Below, one piece after another: positions 11,121-19,974 of a stretch of DNA of 64,000 nt (position 1 is its first letter; each line of letters opens with the position of its first letter). The notes beneath the pieces were generated by a model that did no database searches, was not told the origin of the DNA, and saw only the letters and a list, made by a program, of their open reading frames with translations. The translations under genes were made by a program, and so were the position numbers. The stretch is from contig JBCDAX010000008.1 of the NCBI GenBank assembly GCA_039184805.1, positions 35,431-99,430 on the forward strand, read 5' to 3'. This DNA is from Bacteroidota bacterium. Lineage in GTDB: Bacteria > Bacteroidota > Bacteroidia > Flavobacteriales > Flavobacteriaceae.

Positions 11121-13538
11121 TCAATTCACCCTTCTACGTTCATCATCTGAACCCGTTTGCCGTTGTCGCGATGATTTGAGTTTGTCGTTTCCAAAACTTC
11201 GGGAGTAGGTTAGCAAAAAGGTCCTATTGCTGAAATCAAACGTGTTTTCTGTGTTTAGGTTTTGTTCGGGAACTTGTGTTCTTCCTGTGAATTCAAAGGA
11301 ATCGAAAACATCATTTATCGCAAATCGTAAGGTTCCCCATTTTTCACCCAGTTTTTTTTGAAATCCAATGTTCATTCCGAATACGGGGTCGAAACGTCGT
11401 ATCCCAAAAAGGCCAGCCCCAAAATAGTTCATGTTCAGCTCCGCGCTAAAAGTCTTAGAAATTGTAAATGAACTTGAGCTATTGGCGCGAAAGGTATTTT
11501 GTTTAAAACTGAAAGGAGCGTCTTGAAGTACAGCATCAACTTGAGTGTTGATATAAATAAAGTTGTTTTGCATTTTCCACCAATTGAATACGTTGATGGG
11601 CAATCCCAAAGTGATAGTGAACAAACGGTTCTGGTCATTGTTAGCCGCTTCAAAAAACAGACGCCCTGTTTCTTCATCAAAACGTTCCTGAAAACTCGAG
11701 ATAGGGTCGTTCTCGACCGAATACTGAAATGAGAGCAAAATAGATTTATAGGTGGTATCAAATTTATACGAATCAGAAAGGGATGGCTGCAAGGATGAGT
11801 TTCCCGACAGAAATGTGTTTGGGTCCACAAAAATGACAAAGGGGGCCAAGTCGTTAAATGTAGGCCGGGTAATGCGTTTGGAATACGAAAGGTTGAAACT
11901 TAACGAATCGTTGACTGCATGGGAAACAAACACACTGGGAAACAGGTTGCCAAAGTTCCTGTCGACTACACGACCATCGGTCTCAGTATCCAGCTCGGAA
12001 TCGGTTTGTTCATAGCGCAATCCAAGTTTTAGATTGGTCTTCTTATCCATTTTATAATCTACAGAGGTGTAAGCCGCCCAAATATGTTCGTTGAGAATAC
12101 TTTTGTTGGTAAGTGTAGGGTCTTCAATAAACTCTTGGCCATCGAATGTGGCCACGGACACATCATTCTCAAAATTGGAAATTACGGCTTTGACACCGGC
12201 TTCCAGTTTCACATTTTCGCTGAATTGTTTGCTGTAATCCCCTTTCGCTACAGCAATATTGATAGGAGTAGTTTTGTCGCTCAAAGTAAGCTCTTCCCTA
12301 AGAAAGTTGCCCTCACCATCAAAAAAGCTATTCACATAGTCCGTAGGGTTTTCATCGTAATAATATAAATAATCAAAATCTAGACTTACGAATTCATTTT
12401 CGGTGAAATTATGTTTTAAGTTGATGTTGGAATTAAAGTGTTGCCATTGATTTCTTTCCGTATTCAGCAGTTGTACTATTGAAAAAGGAGTCCCATCCTC
12501 AGATTCCACATTGTTATTGACAGCGTCCATGGTCCACTTGTTGTCATATCCACCTACCAAAAATCCGAGTATGGTTTTGTCACTTATTTGATAATCCAAT
12601 CCTAAACGGAGGTTGTGATTCCGTTGGATGGGGTCGCGGTCGGACACTGTTGCCAAATCAATCGTATTGTTTTCTTCATCTGTGAACACTCTGGAAAATT
12701 CAAGTCGTTGCCCTTGAGCATCTCTCAAAAACGAATAGTTTCCAAAAAGATTCACCTTGTTCTTTCTATAATTGAAGCTGATGTTATTTGATGTTGTGGT
12801 ACCATTTCCAAAACCACCCGATAGGGAATAAGAGCCGTTTAATCCTAAATCTGTTCTTTTCTTCAACACAATGTTGATAAAACCGGCATTGCCTTCCGCA
12901 TCGAAATTAGCTGGAGGTGTTGTTATCAATTCAATACTTTCAATGTTGTCTGAACTTGTACCCTCCAACAATTGAACAATGCTCTCCTGAGGCATGTAGC
13001 TTATTTTCCCATTTATCATCACCACTACACCATTTTTTCCTGCTAGCGATATTGCATTGTTTTGGCGGTCTACAATAACACCAGGGGAGCGTTCCAATAC
13101 CTCCAAGGCAGAACTTCCAGCGGATACGATACTGTTCTCCACATTGATGACCATCCTATCAATTTTTTGTACAAAAATGGGTTTTGTTGTTTGGACTACC
13201 ACCTCATCCAATTCAACACCGGCAACCAGGGTTATTGTGGGTATCGCCAAAGGTTGTTCTCCGTCATGTTCAAAGGTTTCTGAAGATTTTGTGGAGAACC
13301 CTACCATACTTGCCGTTATAAAATAGGTTCCAGAGGATACATTTTCAAACAGGTAGTCACCTGTTTCATTTGAGATAGCTCCTTTTATTAAAGTGGAGTC
13401 TGATGCGGCTTGTAAAAGGATATTGGCGAATGAAAGAGATTCACCACTTTCATCTTCTACTTTTCCCGTTATTTCTTGGGCTTTTGAGCAAAGGCAAAAT
13501 AGAAACAACGAAAGAAAAACTAAATTTTTTCTTTTCAT
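11121..13538 (-). CDS. TonB-dependent-receptor-like outer-membrane beta-barrel protein
   Basis: 805 aa; signal peptide, carboxypeptidase-regulatory-like domain, plug (LERSPGV, IESIELITTPPANFDAEGNAGFINIVLKK), barrel, C-terminal DDERRRVN tail. Confidence 0.88.
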   Translation of the reverse strand: MKRKNLVFLSLFLFCLCSKAQEITGKVEDESGESLSFANILLQAASDSTLIKGAISNETGDYLFENVSSGTYFITASMVGFSTKSSETFEHDGEQPLAIPTITLVAGVELDEVVVQTTKPIFVQKIDRMVINVENSIVSAGSSALEVLERSPGVIVDRQNNAISLAGKNGVVVMINGKISYMPQESIVQLLEGTSSDNIESIELITTPPANFDAEGNAGFINIVLKKRTDLGLNGSYSLSGGFGNGTTTSNNISFNYRKNKVNLFGNYSFLRDAQGQRLEFSRVFTDEENNTIDLATVSDRDPIQRNHNLRLGLDYQISDKTILGFLVGGYDNKWTMDAVNNNVESEDGTPFSIVQLLNTERNQWQHFNSNINLKHNFTENEFVSLDFDYLYYYDENPTDYVNSFFDGEGNFLREELTLSDKTTPINIAVAKGDYSKQFSENVKLEAGVKAVISNFENDVSVATFDGQEFIEDPTLTNKSILNEHIWAAYTSVDYKMDKKTNLKLGLRYEQTDSELDTETDGRVVDRNFGNLFPSVFVSHAVNDSLSFNLSYSKRITRPTFNDLAPFVIFVDPNTFLSGNSSLQPSLSDSYKFDTTYKSILLSFQYSVENDPISSFQERFDEETGRLFFEAANNDQNRLFTITLGLPINVFNWWKMQNNFIYINTQVDAVLQDAPFSFKQNTFRANSSSSFTISKTFSAELNMNYFGAGLFGIRRFDPVFGMNIGFQKKLGEKWGTLRFAINDVFDSFEFTGRTQVPEQNLNTENTFDFSNRTFLLTYSRSFGNDKLKSSRQRQTGSDDERRRVN

Positions 13539-13656
13539 GTTTTGTGATTGATGACTAGTTACCCAGCAGGCAGGAGGTGAAGTAGATGTAAGAGTTTGGG
13601 TAAAAGGAGGAGTACTCTGATTAGGAATACACCATTAACGGAAGTAAGTTAAACAA

Positions 13657-13680
13657 AAAAGCTTCCCATGGGAAGCTTTT
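13657..13680. terminator. Intrinsic terminator after the 200-aa coiled-coil gene
   Basis: Perfect palindrome AAAAGCTTCCCATGGGAAGCTTTT right after the stop at 13683. Confidence 0.8.
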
Positions 13681-13682
13681 TA

Positions 13683-14285
13683 CTATTTCTTTTGCTTATT
13701 GAGCTCATCTTGTAGTCTCCGACTTACTTTTTGTTCTCGTTCCAAAGCTTTTCTTCTATGGTCTTCATATTCCTTTTCCAAATCGGCTAGAGCACTTTTC
13801 GCTTGTTGTGTCAAGAAATTACTGTTTCGGAACTTATAAATGAATAGGAAAAGCAGCAGGGTCAGTATGGCAATGATTCCCCAAACTATAGCTTTGTATG
13901 TTCCCTTACTCAATAGCGCTCCAAAAAAAGAGATGCTATCTTTTTCATTGGTTACTTGGGAAAGATTGCTTGTCGTTTCCTGAAGTTTTGCATTTAAACT
14001 ATTGATTTCACTTGCGTTTCCTTCAATAGTCGCTGTTAGTTCCCTAATAGAGGTATTCGCTGTATTTATGGAATCAAAAATACTTTTCTTGATTCTGTTT
14101 AAATCGGTTAGTCGAACTACTTCATAACGAATTCCATTGGCACTATAATTACCAGATTTCTTTTCTAATGTCTGAAATTGGGATACCAGGTTCTGATTTT
14201 CTTGGGAGGCATCAGATTGTTGTGCATTGATTGTGATAAAACCTAGAATTAGGGTAGCTGTTATGAGCAAACAAGAACGTTTCAT
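13683..14285 (-). CDS. Conserved hypothetical protein: signal peptide, coiled coil, TM helix, short cytoplasmic coiled coil
   Basis: 200 aa; heptad-rich IRELTATIEGNASEINSLNAKLQETTSNLSQV; TM AIVWGIIAILTLLLFLFIY; no methyltransferase motif. Confidence 0.75.
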   Translation of the reverse strand: MKRSCLLITATLILGFITINAQQSDASQENQNLVSQFQTLEKKSGNYSANGIRYEVVRLTDLNRIKKSIFDSINTANTSIRELTATIEGNASEINSLNAKLQETTSNLSQVTNEKDSISFFGALLSKGTYKAIVWGIIAILTLLLFLFIYKFRNSNFLTQQAKSALADLEKEYEDHRRKALEREQKVSRRLQDELNKQKK

Positions 14286-14392
14286 GGTGTGTTTAAATGT
14301 TAATTTAGATTGAGGGTAGGGCGAATTTACGGCAATAAACCAAAAATCAAAAGAAACAGCTTAGCCTTTTTAAATTGACCCTATTTAATCTA

Positions 14393-15841
14393 TTAATAAT
14401 ACGTATACCTTCTAACTTTAGAGATGTATTTAGCTAAACGTATTACCTGATGCGAGTACCCGTATTCGTTATCGTACCATATATAAAGTACTAGACTTTT
14501 ACCATCTGTAGAAACCAAAGTCGCTTTGCTATCATAGATGGATGGGGCAGAGGCTCCTACAATATCTGAGGAAACCAGCTCATTGCTCAAGGAATATTTT
14601 ATCTGTTCAACTAAATCACCCTCCAAAGCATATTTTTTCAATATGGTATTTACGCTTTCCAAGGAGGTTTTGGTTTTCACTTCCAAATTTAAAATGGCCA
14701 ACGAACCATTAGGGACAGGTACACGAATGGCATTTGAGGTCAATTTGCCCTTTAAAACTGGAAGTGCCTTGGCTACGGCCGCTCCGGCTCCAGTCTCAGT
14801 AATTACCATATTAAGGGCAGCAGCGCGTCCCCTTCTGTACTTTTTATGCATATTATCCACCAAGTTTTGGTCATTGGTATAGGCATGTATGGTTTCGATA
14901 TGACCTTTTTTGATACCTAAAGAATCTTCTATGACCTTAAGTATAGGGGTGATGGCATTTGTTGTACAGGAAGCCGCAGAGTAAATCTTTGTTTTATCTG
15001 GGTCAAATTCATTTTGATTGACCCCGTGCACAATATTTGGAACTTCTTTTCCAGGAGCAGTTAACAAAACTCTTCCTGCCCCTTTAGACTCTAAATGTCG
15101 AGATAAGGCAGTTTTATCTCTAAATGCCCCAGTGTTGTCTATAATCAAAGCGTTGTAGATGCTGTATTGGGTATAGTCAACATCCTCGGGATTGATGGCA
15201 CTGATAAATTTAACCGTGGTCCCATTAATGATAAGTGCTTCATTTTTCTCATCTACATCTACCGTACCCATAAATTGTCCGTGTACTGAATCTGTTTTGA
15301 GGAGTGCAGCTCTCTTTTCGAGAACATCCTTGCTTAAAGCTCCTCTAACTACAACTGCTCTCAAACGCAATTGACTTCCTCTTCCTGTTTTTGTCATCAA
15401 TTCACGGGCCACTAACCTACCTATGCGACCAAAACCATAAAGAACCACATCTTTGGGTTTGATTTCTTTAGAGGTGTGGGCATCCTTTAGCTTTTCAATT
15501 ACAAAAGCTTTTACATTAAGATGGGTATTGTCTTCGGAATGATATTCGTAGGTTAATTTTCCAATATCCAGCTTGGCGGGTGGAAGGCTAATATCATTGA
15601 TGGCTCTGAGAATCTCTACCGAATCAAAAATGGAAATCGGTTTTTGGACAAACTCCCCTGCGTATTCGTGTAAATTAATGATGTCACTTACGTTCTTATC
15701 AATAATTTGATTTTTGAATAGAACCACCTCAATGGCCTTGTCATACCAAAGGTCACTGATGATTTTTATAAATTCCGTTGTGGCTTTTCTTCTATCGGCT
15801 TGGAAGGCAAGTTCTTTTTCGTAGGACCTGATATCGCTCAT
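14393..15841 (-). CDS. gapA: Glyceraldehyde-3-phosphate dehydrogenase, long form with about 130-aa N-terminal extension
   Basis: VVLYGFGRIGRL; catalytic AASCTTN; WYDNEYGYS. Confidence 0.93.
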   Translation of the reverse strand: MSDIRSYEKELAFQADRRKATTEFIKIISDLWYDKAIEVVLFKNQIIDKNVSDIINLHEYAGEFVQKPISIFDSVEILRAINDISLPPAKLDIGKLTYEYHSEDNTHLNVKAFVIEKLKDAHTSKEIKPKDVVLYGFGRIGRLVARELMTKTGRGSQLRLRAVVVRGALSKDVLEKRAALLKTDSVHGQFMGTVDVDEKNEALIINGTTVKFISAINPEDVDYTQYSIYNALIIDNTGAFRDKTALSRHLESKGAGRVLLTAPGKEVPNIVHGVNQNEFDPDKTKIYSAASCTTNAITPILKVIEDSLGIKKGHIETIHAYTNDQNLVDNMHKKYRRGRAAALNMVITETGAGAAVAKALPVLKGKLTSNAIRVPVPNGSLAILNLEVKTKTSLESVNTILKKYALEGDLVEQIKYSLSNELVSSDIVGASAPSIYDSKATLVSTDGKSLVLYIWYDNEYGYSHQVIRLAKYISKVRRYTYY

Positions 15842-15869
15842 TTTTAGGTTGTATGTTAAAAATTTTCGG

Positions 15870-15900
15870 CAAAATTAGATATTTCAAACGTTTTCGTAAA
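15870..15900 (-). promoter_or_regulatory. gapdh promoter: -7 element TAATTTTG plus LacI-type operator candidate
   Basis: TAATTTTG at 15870-15877; TTACGAAAACGTTTGAA with central-CG palindrome AAACGTTT at 15886-15893. Confidence 0.5.
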
Positions 15901-15913
15901 ACCTTTTTTCCAT

Positions 15914-15944
15914 AAAAAAACACCCTATGGAAGGGTGTCTTTTG
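15914..15944 (-). terminator. Intrinsic terminator after degP
   Basis: AAAAAAACACCCT-ATGGA-AGGGTGTCTTTT. Confidence 0.75.
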
Positions 15945-15962
15945 TTTAGGTGATTTTAATGC

Positions 15963-17357
15963 TTACTGTAATATTAAACGTTCTTTTTCCCCATTCTTAT
16001 TTATCATGGTAAAACTGGTACGTCCGTATCGGGATATTTCTCCAAAAACATTCTTGGCATCATTAATATTACGGATTTCTTTTCCATCAACTTCGGTAAT
16101 AACCTTATTCCTCAAGTCATATCTGTTGTATCCTTCTGGAACATCAATGATTTTTACCCCTTCTTTTACACCAAATTCTTTTTGGTCTTCTTTTGTAAGG
16201 TTCTTGACCATAAAACCAGTAGCAGGTAATATCACGCTCTGCTGCTTTTTTAAGCGTACGCTTTTCGTGAGACGTTGACCATCTCTATCGACCATGACCT
16301 CAATTACATCACCAGGTCTTTTTGAAGAAATATATCCAGTAAGTTCAGAAAACTTACGCACTAAGATATCGTCAACTTTTTTGATGACATCCCCTTCTTG
16401 TAAACCGGCTTCAGAAGCACCTGATTCTTCGGTTATTTCAGAAATATAAACCCCCTCAATTTCATCTAGTCCCAGCTCAGAAGCAATTTCTGTATTCAAA
16501 TCACCTCCTCTGATGCCCAAAAGACCTCTTTGTACATTGCCAAACTCCATCAAATCCTCAATTACCTTTTTGGCAATATTACTTGGTACGGCAAATGCAT
16601 AACCTACATAAGAACCCGTTTGGGAAGTAATTGCTGTATTGATTCCGATTAAATCTCCGTTCGTGTTGACAAGGGCACCTCCACTGTTACCGGGATTCAC
16701 CGCTGCATCTGTTTGGATAAAGGATTGCCCTCTTCCTAAAGAACGTGCTTTGGCGCTTACAATTCCAGCAGTAACTGTTGAGGTTAGGCTGAACGGATTT
16801 CCAACTGCCAAAACCCATTCGCCTACTTTGGCATTATCGGAATCTCCGAAAGCGAGATAGGGTAGAGGTTCATCGGTATTTATTTTTAATAGCGCAATAT
16901 CCGAATCCTTGTCTGCACCGATAACTTCGGCTTCAAACGTCTTTTTGTTATTTAAAGTAACCTCAAGTTGACTTGCATTGGCGATGACGTGATTATTAGT
17001 AACGATAAATCCGTCAGGAGAAATAATTACACCAGAACCTGTCCCAATTTGGGGTCTCTGCTGTTTTTCAAATCCGTAAAAGAAATCGGATAAACTGTTG
17101 CCGGAGCCTTTACTTATGGTCAAATTCTTTACGTGTACCACGGAATTGACCGTTTTTTCGGCCGCAATGGTGAAGTCAACCTCATTTATGCCAGCACCTT
17201 TGGCGGATGCACTTAAGGTACTTGTGCTAATAAAGGGAGTCGCTTGACTACCTTCGACAATAGTATATGTGTTTTTCTCAAAAAATAATTTATATGCCCC
17301 TAGTGTAATTGCACCAGCAAATAGGGAAACCAAAAACAAACTTGCTATTTTCTTCAT
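15963..17357 (-). CDS. degP: DegP/HtrA-family serine protease with PDZ domain(s)
   Basis: Triad motifs VTNNHV, DIALLK, TDAAVNPGNSGGAL; C-terminal PDZ. Confidence 0.93.
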   Translation of the reverse strand: MKKIASLFLVSLFAGAITLGAYKLFFEKNTYTIVEGSQATPFISTSTLSASAKGAGINEVDFTIAAEKTVNSVVHVKNLTISKGSGNSLSDFFYGFEKQQRPQIGTGSGVIISPDGFIVTNNHVIANASQLEVTLNNKKTFEAEVIGADKDSDIALLKINTDEPLPYLAFGDSDNAKVGEWVLAVGNPFSLTSTVTAGIVSAKARSLGRGQSFIQTDAAVNPGNSGGALVNTNGDLIGINTAITSQTGSYVGYAFAVPSNIAKKVIEDLMEFGNVQRGLLGIRGGDLNTEIASELGLDEIEGVYISEITEESGASEAGLQEGDVIKKVDDILVRKFSELTGYISSKRPGDVIEVMVDRDGQRLTKSVRLKKQQSVILPATGFMVKNLTKEDQKEFGVKEGVKIIDVPEGYNRYDLRNKVITEVDGKEIRNINDAKNVFGEISRYGRTSFTMINKNGEKERLILQ

Positions 17358-17490
17358 AATTCAATACGTATTTAACATTTGGCTTTAACAAAATTAAATC
17401 AAATCGTTTTTTCCTTGCCCGGTTTAACTCCCTTTTAACTACAAAAAAATCCCTAAATAATGCCCTATCTTTGTTGCTTTGATTTGACGC

Positions 17491-18264
17491 ATGAAGGCTG
17501 AATTCTATAAGTATCAAGGAACTGGAAATGACTTTGTCATGATAGACAATCGTCAGAATATCTTCCCCAAAAACAATACCGATCTCATTACTCATTTATG
17601 TGATAGGAGATTTGGAATAGGAGCAGATGGGCTTATCCTTTTGGAAAATGACAAATTGTCTGATTTCAAGATGGTATACTATAACTCGGATGCTAGCCAA
17701 AGTCTTTGTGGTAATGGGGGGCGTTGCGCCGTTGCTTTCGCTCATTTTTTGGGTATCATCCAGGATAAAACCACCTTTAACGCTATTGATGGACTGCATT
17801 ATGCTACTATAGAAGGTGACATTGTCAATCTAAAAATGGGGAATGTGGATGAGGTAAAGGAAAAACCTACCTATAGCTTTGTGGATACGGGGTCCCCACA
17901 TCATGTGCAGATGGTAGAAGACTTGAAAGCGATTGACGTTAAAAGTGTAGGTGCCAAGCTCCGGTATGGAATGTATGGACAATCCGGTAGTAATATCAAT
18001 TTTGTTTCGGAATCCAATGATGGCTCTTTTGATGCCCGAACCTATGAAAGGGGCGTTGAAGATGAAACCCTTTCTTGTGGCACAGGAGTTACCGCCGTGG
18101 CTATTGCCATGCATAAGATGGGTAAAACCTCATTGGATACGGTACATATTAATATGCCCGGTGGAAAACTAGCGGTTAGTTTTGAAACAGATAATGGTAC
18201 GTACAGCAATATTTTTCTAAAGGGACCTGCCAAACAAGTGTTTAAAGGTATAGTGGAATGGTAA
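17491..18264 (+). CDS. dapF: Diaminopimelate epimerase
   Basis: KYQGTGNDF, CGNGGRC, TYERGVEDETLSCGTG; -7 element TATCTTTG at 17466-17473. Confidence 0.96.
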   Translation: MKAEFYKYQGTGNDFVMIDNRQNIFPKNNTDLITHLCDRRFGIGADGLILLENDKLSDFKMVYYNSDASQSLCGNGGRCAVAFAHFLGIIQDKTTFNAIDGLHYATIEGDIVNLKMGNVDEVKEKPTYSFVDTGSPHHVQMVEDLKAIDVKSVGAKLRYGMYGQSGSNINFVSESNDGSFDARTYERGVEDETLSCGTGVTAVAIAMHKMGKTSLDTVHINMPGGKLAVSFETDNGTYSNIFLKGPAKQVFKGIVEW

Positions 18265-18791
18265 ACCTAGAGGGCGAACACATTTGCCTTAGGGCTTTGG
18301 AGCCAAGAGATTTGGATTTTCTCTACCAGTTGGAGAATGATAGTTCCATTTGGGAAATCAGCGGGACTACCAAACCCTACTCGAAAAAAGTATTACGCTT
18401 CTATTTGGAAAATGCGCATCGGGATATTTATGAGGTGAAACAATTACGGTTGTGTATTTGTAATAAAGAAGATCATTGTTTGGGATTGATTGATTTGTTC
18501 GATTTTGACCCCAAAAATGCGAGGGCAGGTATGGGAATCGTCATTGCCAATCCTGAAAACAGGAATAAGGGAGTAGGAGGAGAGGCCATAGCCCTTTTAT
18601 GCGAGTACGTATTTTCAACACTTCATCTACACCAGGTGTACGCCAATATCTTGGAACACAACAAGGCAAGCATCAATCTTTTCACAAAGCTTGGGTTCGA
18701 AGAAATTGGCATCAAAAAAGAATGGGTAAGGACGAGCGAAGGCTTTAAAAATGAAATTATGTACCAAAAAATAAGCCCCTATGTACATTAA
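18258..18791 (+). CDS. GNAT family (RimJ/RimL-like) acetyltransferase
   Basis: LRALEPRDL, GLIDLFDFDP, LHLHQVYANI, HNKASINLFTKLGF. Confidence 0.88.
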   Translation: MVNLEGEHICLRALEPRDLDFLYQLENDSSIWEISGTTKPYSKKVLRFYLENAHRDIYEVKQLRLCICNKEDHCLGLIDLFDFDPKNARAGMGIVIANPENRNKGVGGEAIALLCEYVFSTLHLHQVYANILEHNKASINLFTKLGFEEIGIKKEWVRTSEGFKNEIMYQKISPYVH

Positions 18792-19824
18792 AAAAATTCT
18801 TTGGATAGTAGCTGTTCTTGGATTACTTATCTGCGGATTTATTACCTATCAAATCTACCTGGCTATTTTTAGTCCAAATACCCAGTTCAACAATGATACA
18901 GCTTTTGTTTTTATAGCTTCGGATGCTAATTTTTCCGAAGTATCCGAACAATTGGAACCTTTGGTCAAAGATATATTCTCTTTTGAAGCTGTTGCCAAGC
19001 GAAAGGGTTATATCAACAATATAAAAGGAGGAAAATATGCCATTAAAAAGGGAATGAACAATAATGAAATTATCAATTCCCTGAGAAGCAATAATATCCC
19101 AATTCGAGTTTCTTTTAACAATCAGGAATCCTTGCAGTCCTTGGCAGGTCGAATTAGTGAACAAATAGAAGCAGACAGTATCCAATTGTTGGAGGCTTTC
19201 AACAATGTTGATTTTTTAGGTGAGAATGGTTTTAATGACGATACCAAACTCGCTATGTACCTTCCCAATACCTATGAATTCTTTTGGAATACTTCGGCTG
19301 AAAGTTTTCGGGATAGAATGCTCAAGGAATACAAAAGATTTTGGAATGAATCCCGTGTGAATAAGGCCCAGTCGCAAAACTTAACACCACTTCAAGTAAT
19401 TTCGCTGGCTTCAATTGTACAAAAGGAGACGGCTAAAACCGATGAAAGACCTAGGGTGGCTGGGGTTTATCTGAATCGGATAGAAAAAGGAATCCTTCTT
19501 CAGGCCGACCCGACGGTAATTTATGCCATAAAAAAGGAGACGGGGAATTATGATACAATTATCAAACGAGTATTGTACCGGGATTTGGAAATAGATTCGC
19601 CTTATAATACTTATAAATATAAAGGTGTCCCCCCAGGACCTATCGCTATGCCTGATATTTCCTCAGTTGATGCGGTTCTAAACCCAGAGCAACACAATTA
19701 TTTGTTCTTTGTAGCGGATGTTTCCAACTTTGGGTATCATAAATTCGCCGAGACTTTAGCGCAACATAACCGGAATAAGGCCCAATATGTCCGTTGGCTA
19801 AATGCGCAAAAAACCTACCGCTAA
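18781..19824 (+). CDS. mltG: Endolytic transglycosylase MltG
   Basis: N-terminal TM; LASIVQKET, VAGVYLNR, LQADPTV, SPYNTYKYKGVPPGPI. Confidence 0.95.
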   Translation: MYIKKILWIVAVLGLLICGFITYQIYLAIFSPNTQFNNDTAFVFIASDANFSEVSEQLEPLVKDIFSFEAVAKRKGYINNIKGGKYAIKKGMNNNEIINSLRSNNIPIRVSFNNQESLQSLAGRISEQIEADSIQLLEAFNNVDFLGENGFNDDTKLAMYLPNTYEFFWNTSAESFRDRMLKEYKRFWNESRVNKAQSQNLTPLQVISLASIVQKETAKTDERPRVAGVYLNRIEKGILLQADPTVIYAIKKETGNYDTIIKRVLYRDLEIDSPYNTYKYKGVPPGPIAMPDISSVDAVLNPEQHNYLFFVADVSNFGYHKFAETLAQHNRNKAQYVRWLNAQKTYR

Positions 19825-19920
19825 TACGCTTTACCGTTAATTTTCAGCGATTTAACGTTATTTAGGTCCGATTTATGAAAATATTAGGAGCTTTATCCTT
19901 GTTAACAAAAAGTCTCCCCC

Positions 19921-19967
19921 TATATTTGCCGGCCAAAATAAAATTTCGGTGCGCATAACACCGAAAT
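19921..19967 (+). promoter_or_regulatory. -7 element TATATTTG followed by a 9-bp leader hairpin
   Basis: TATATTTG 19921-19928; ATTTCGGTG-CGCATAA-CACCGAAAT 19943-19967; ATG at 19975. Confidence 0.6.
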
Positions 19968-19974
19968 CTTAAAT

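Noticed and set aside
13570-13600. ACATCTA / ACTTCACCNCC similarity with 31118-31146 upstream of the Ig lipoprotein
   Set aside because: Short, C-rich and differently spaced; a match of this size is expected when comparing two intergenic regions.
13683-14285. tRNA (guanine-N1)-methyltransferase label
   Set aside because: Exported coiled-coil/TM protein with no SPOUT motifs; the real trmD is at 9961-10635.
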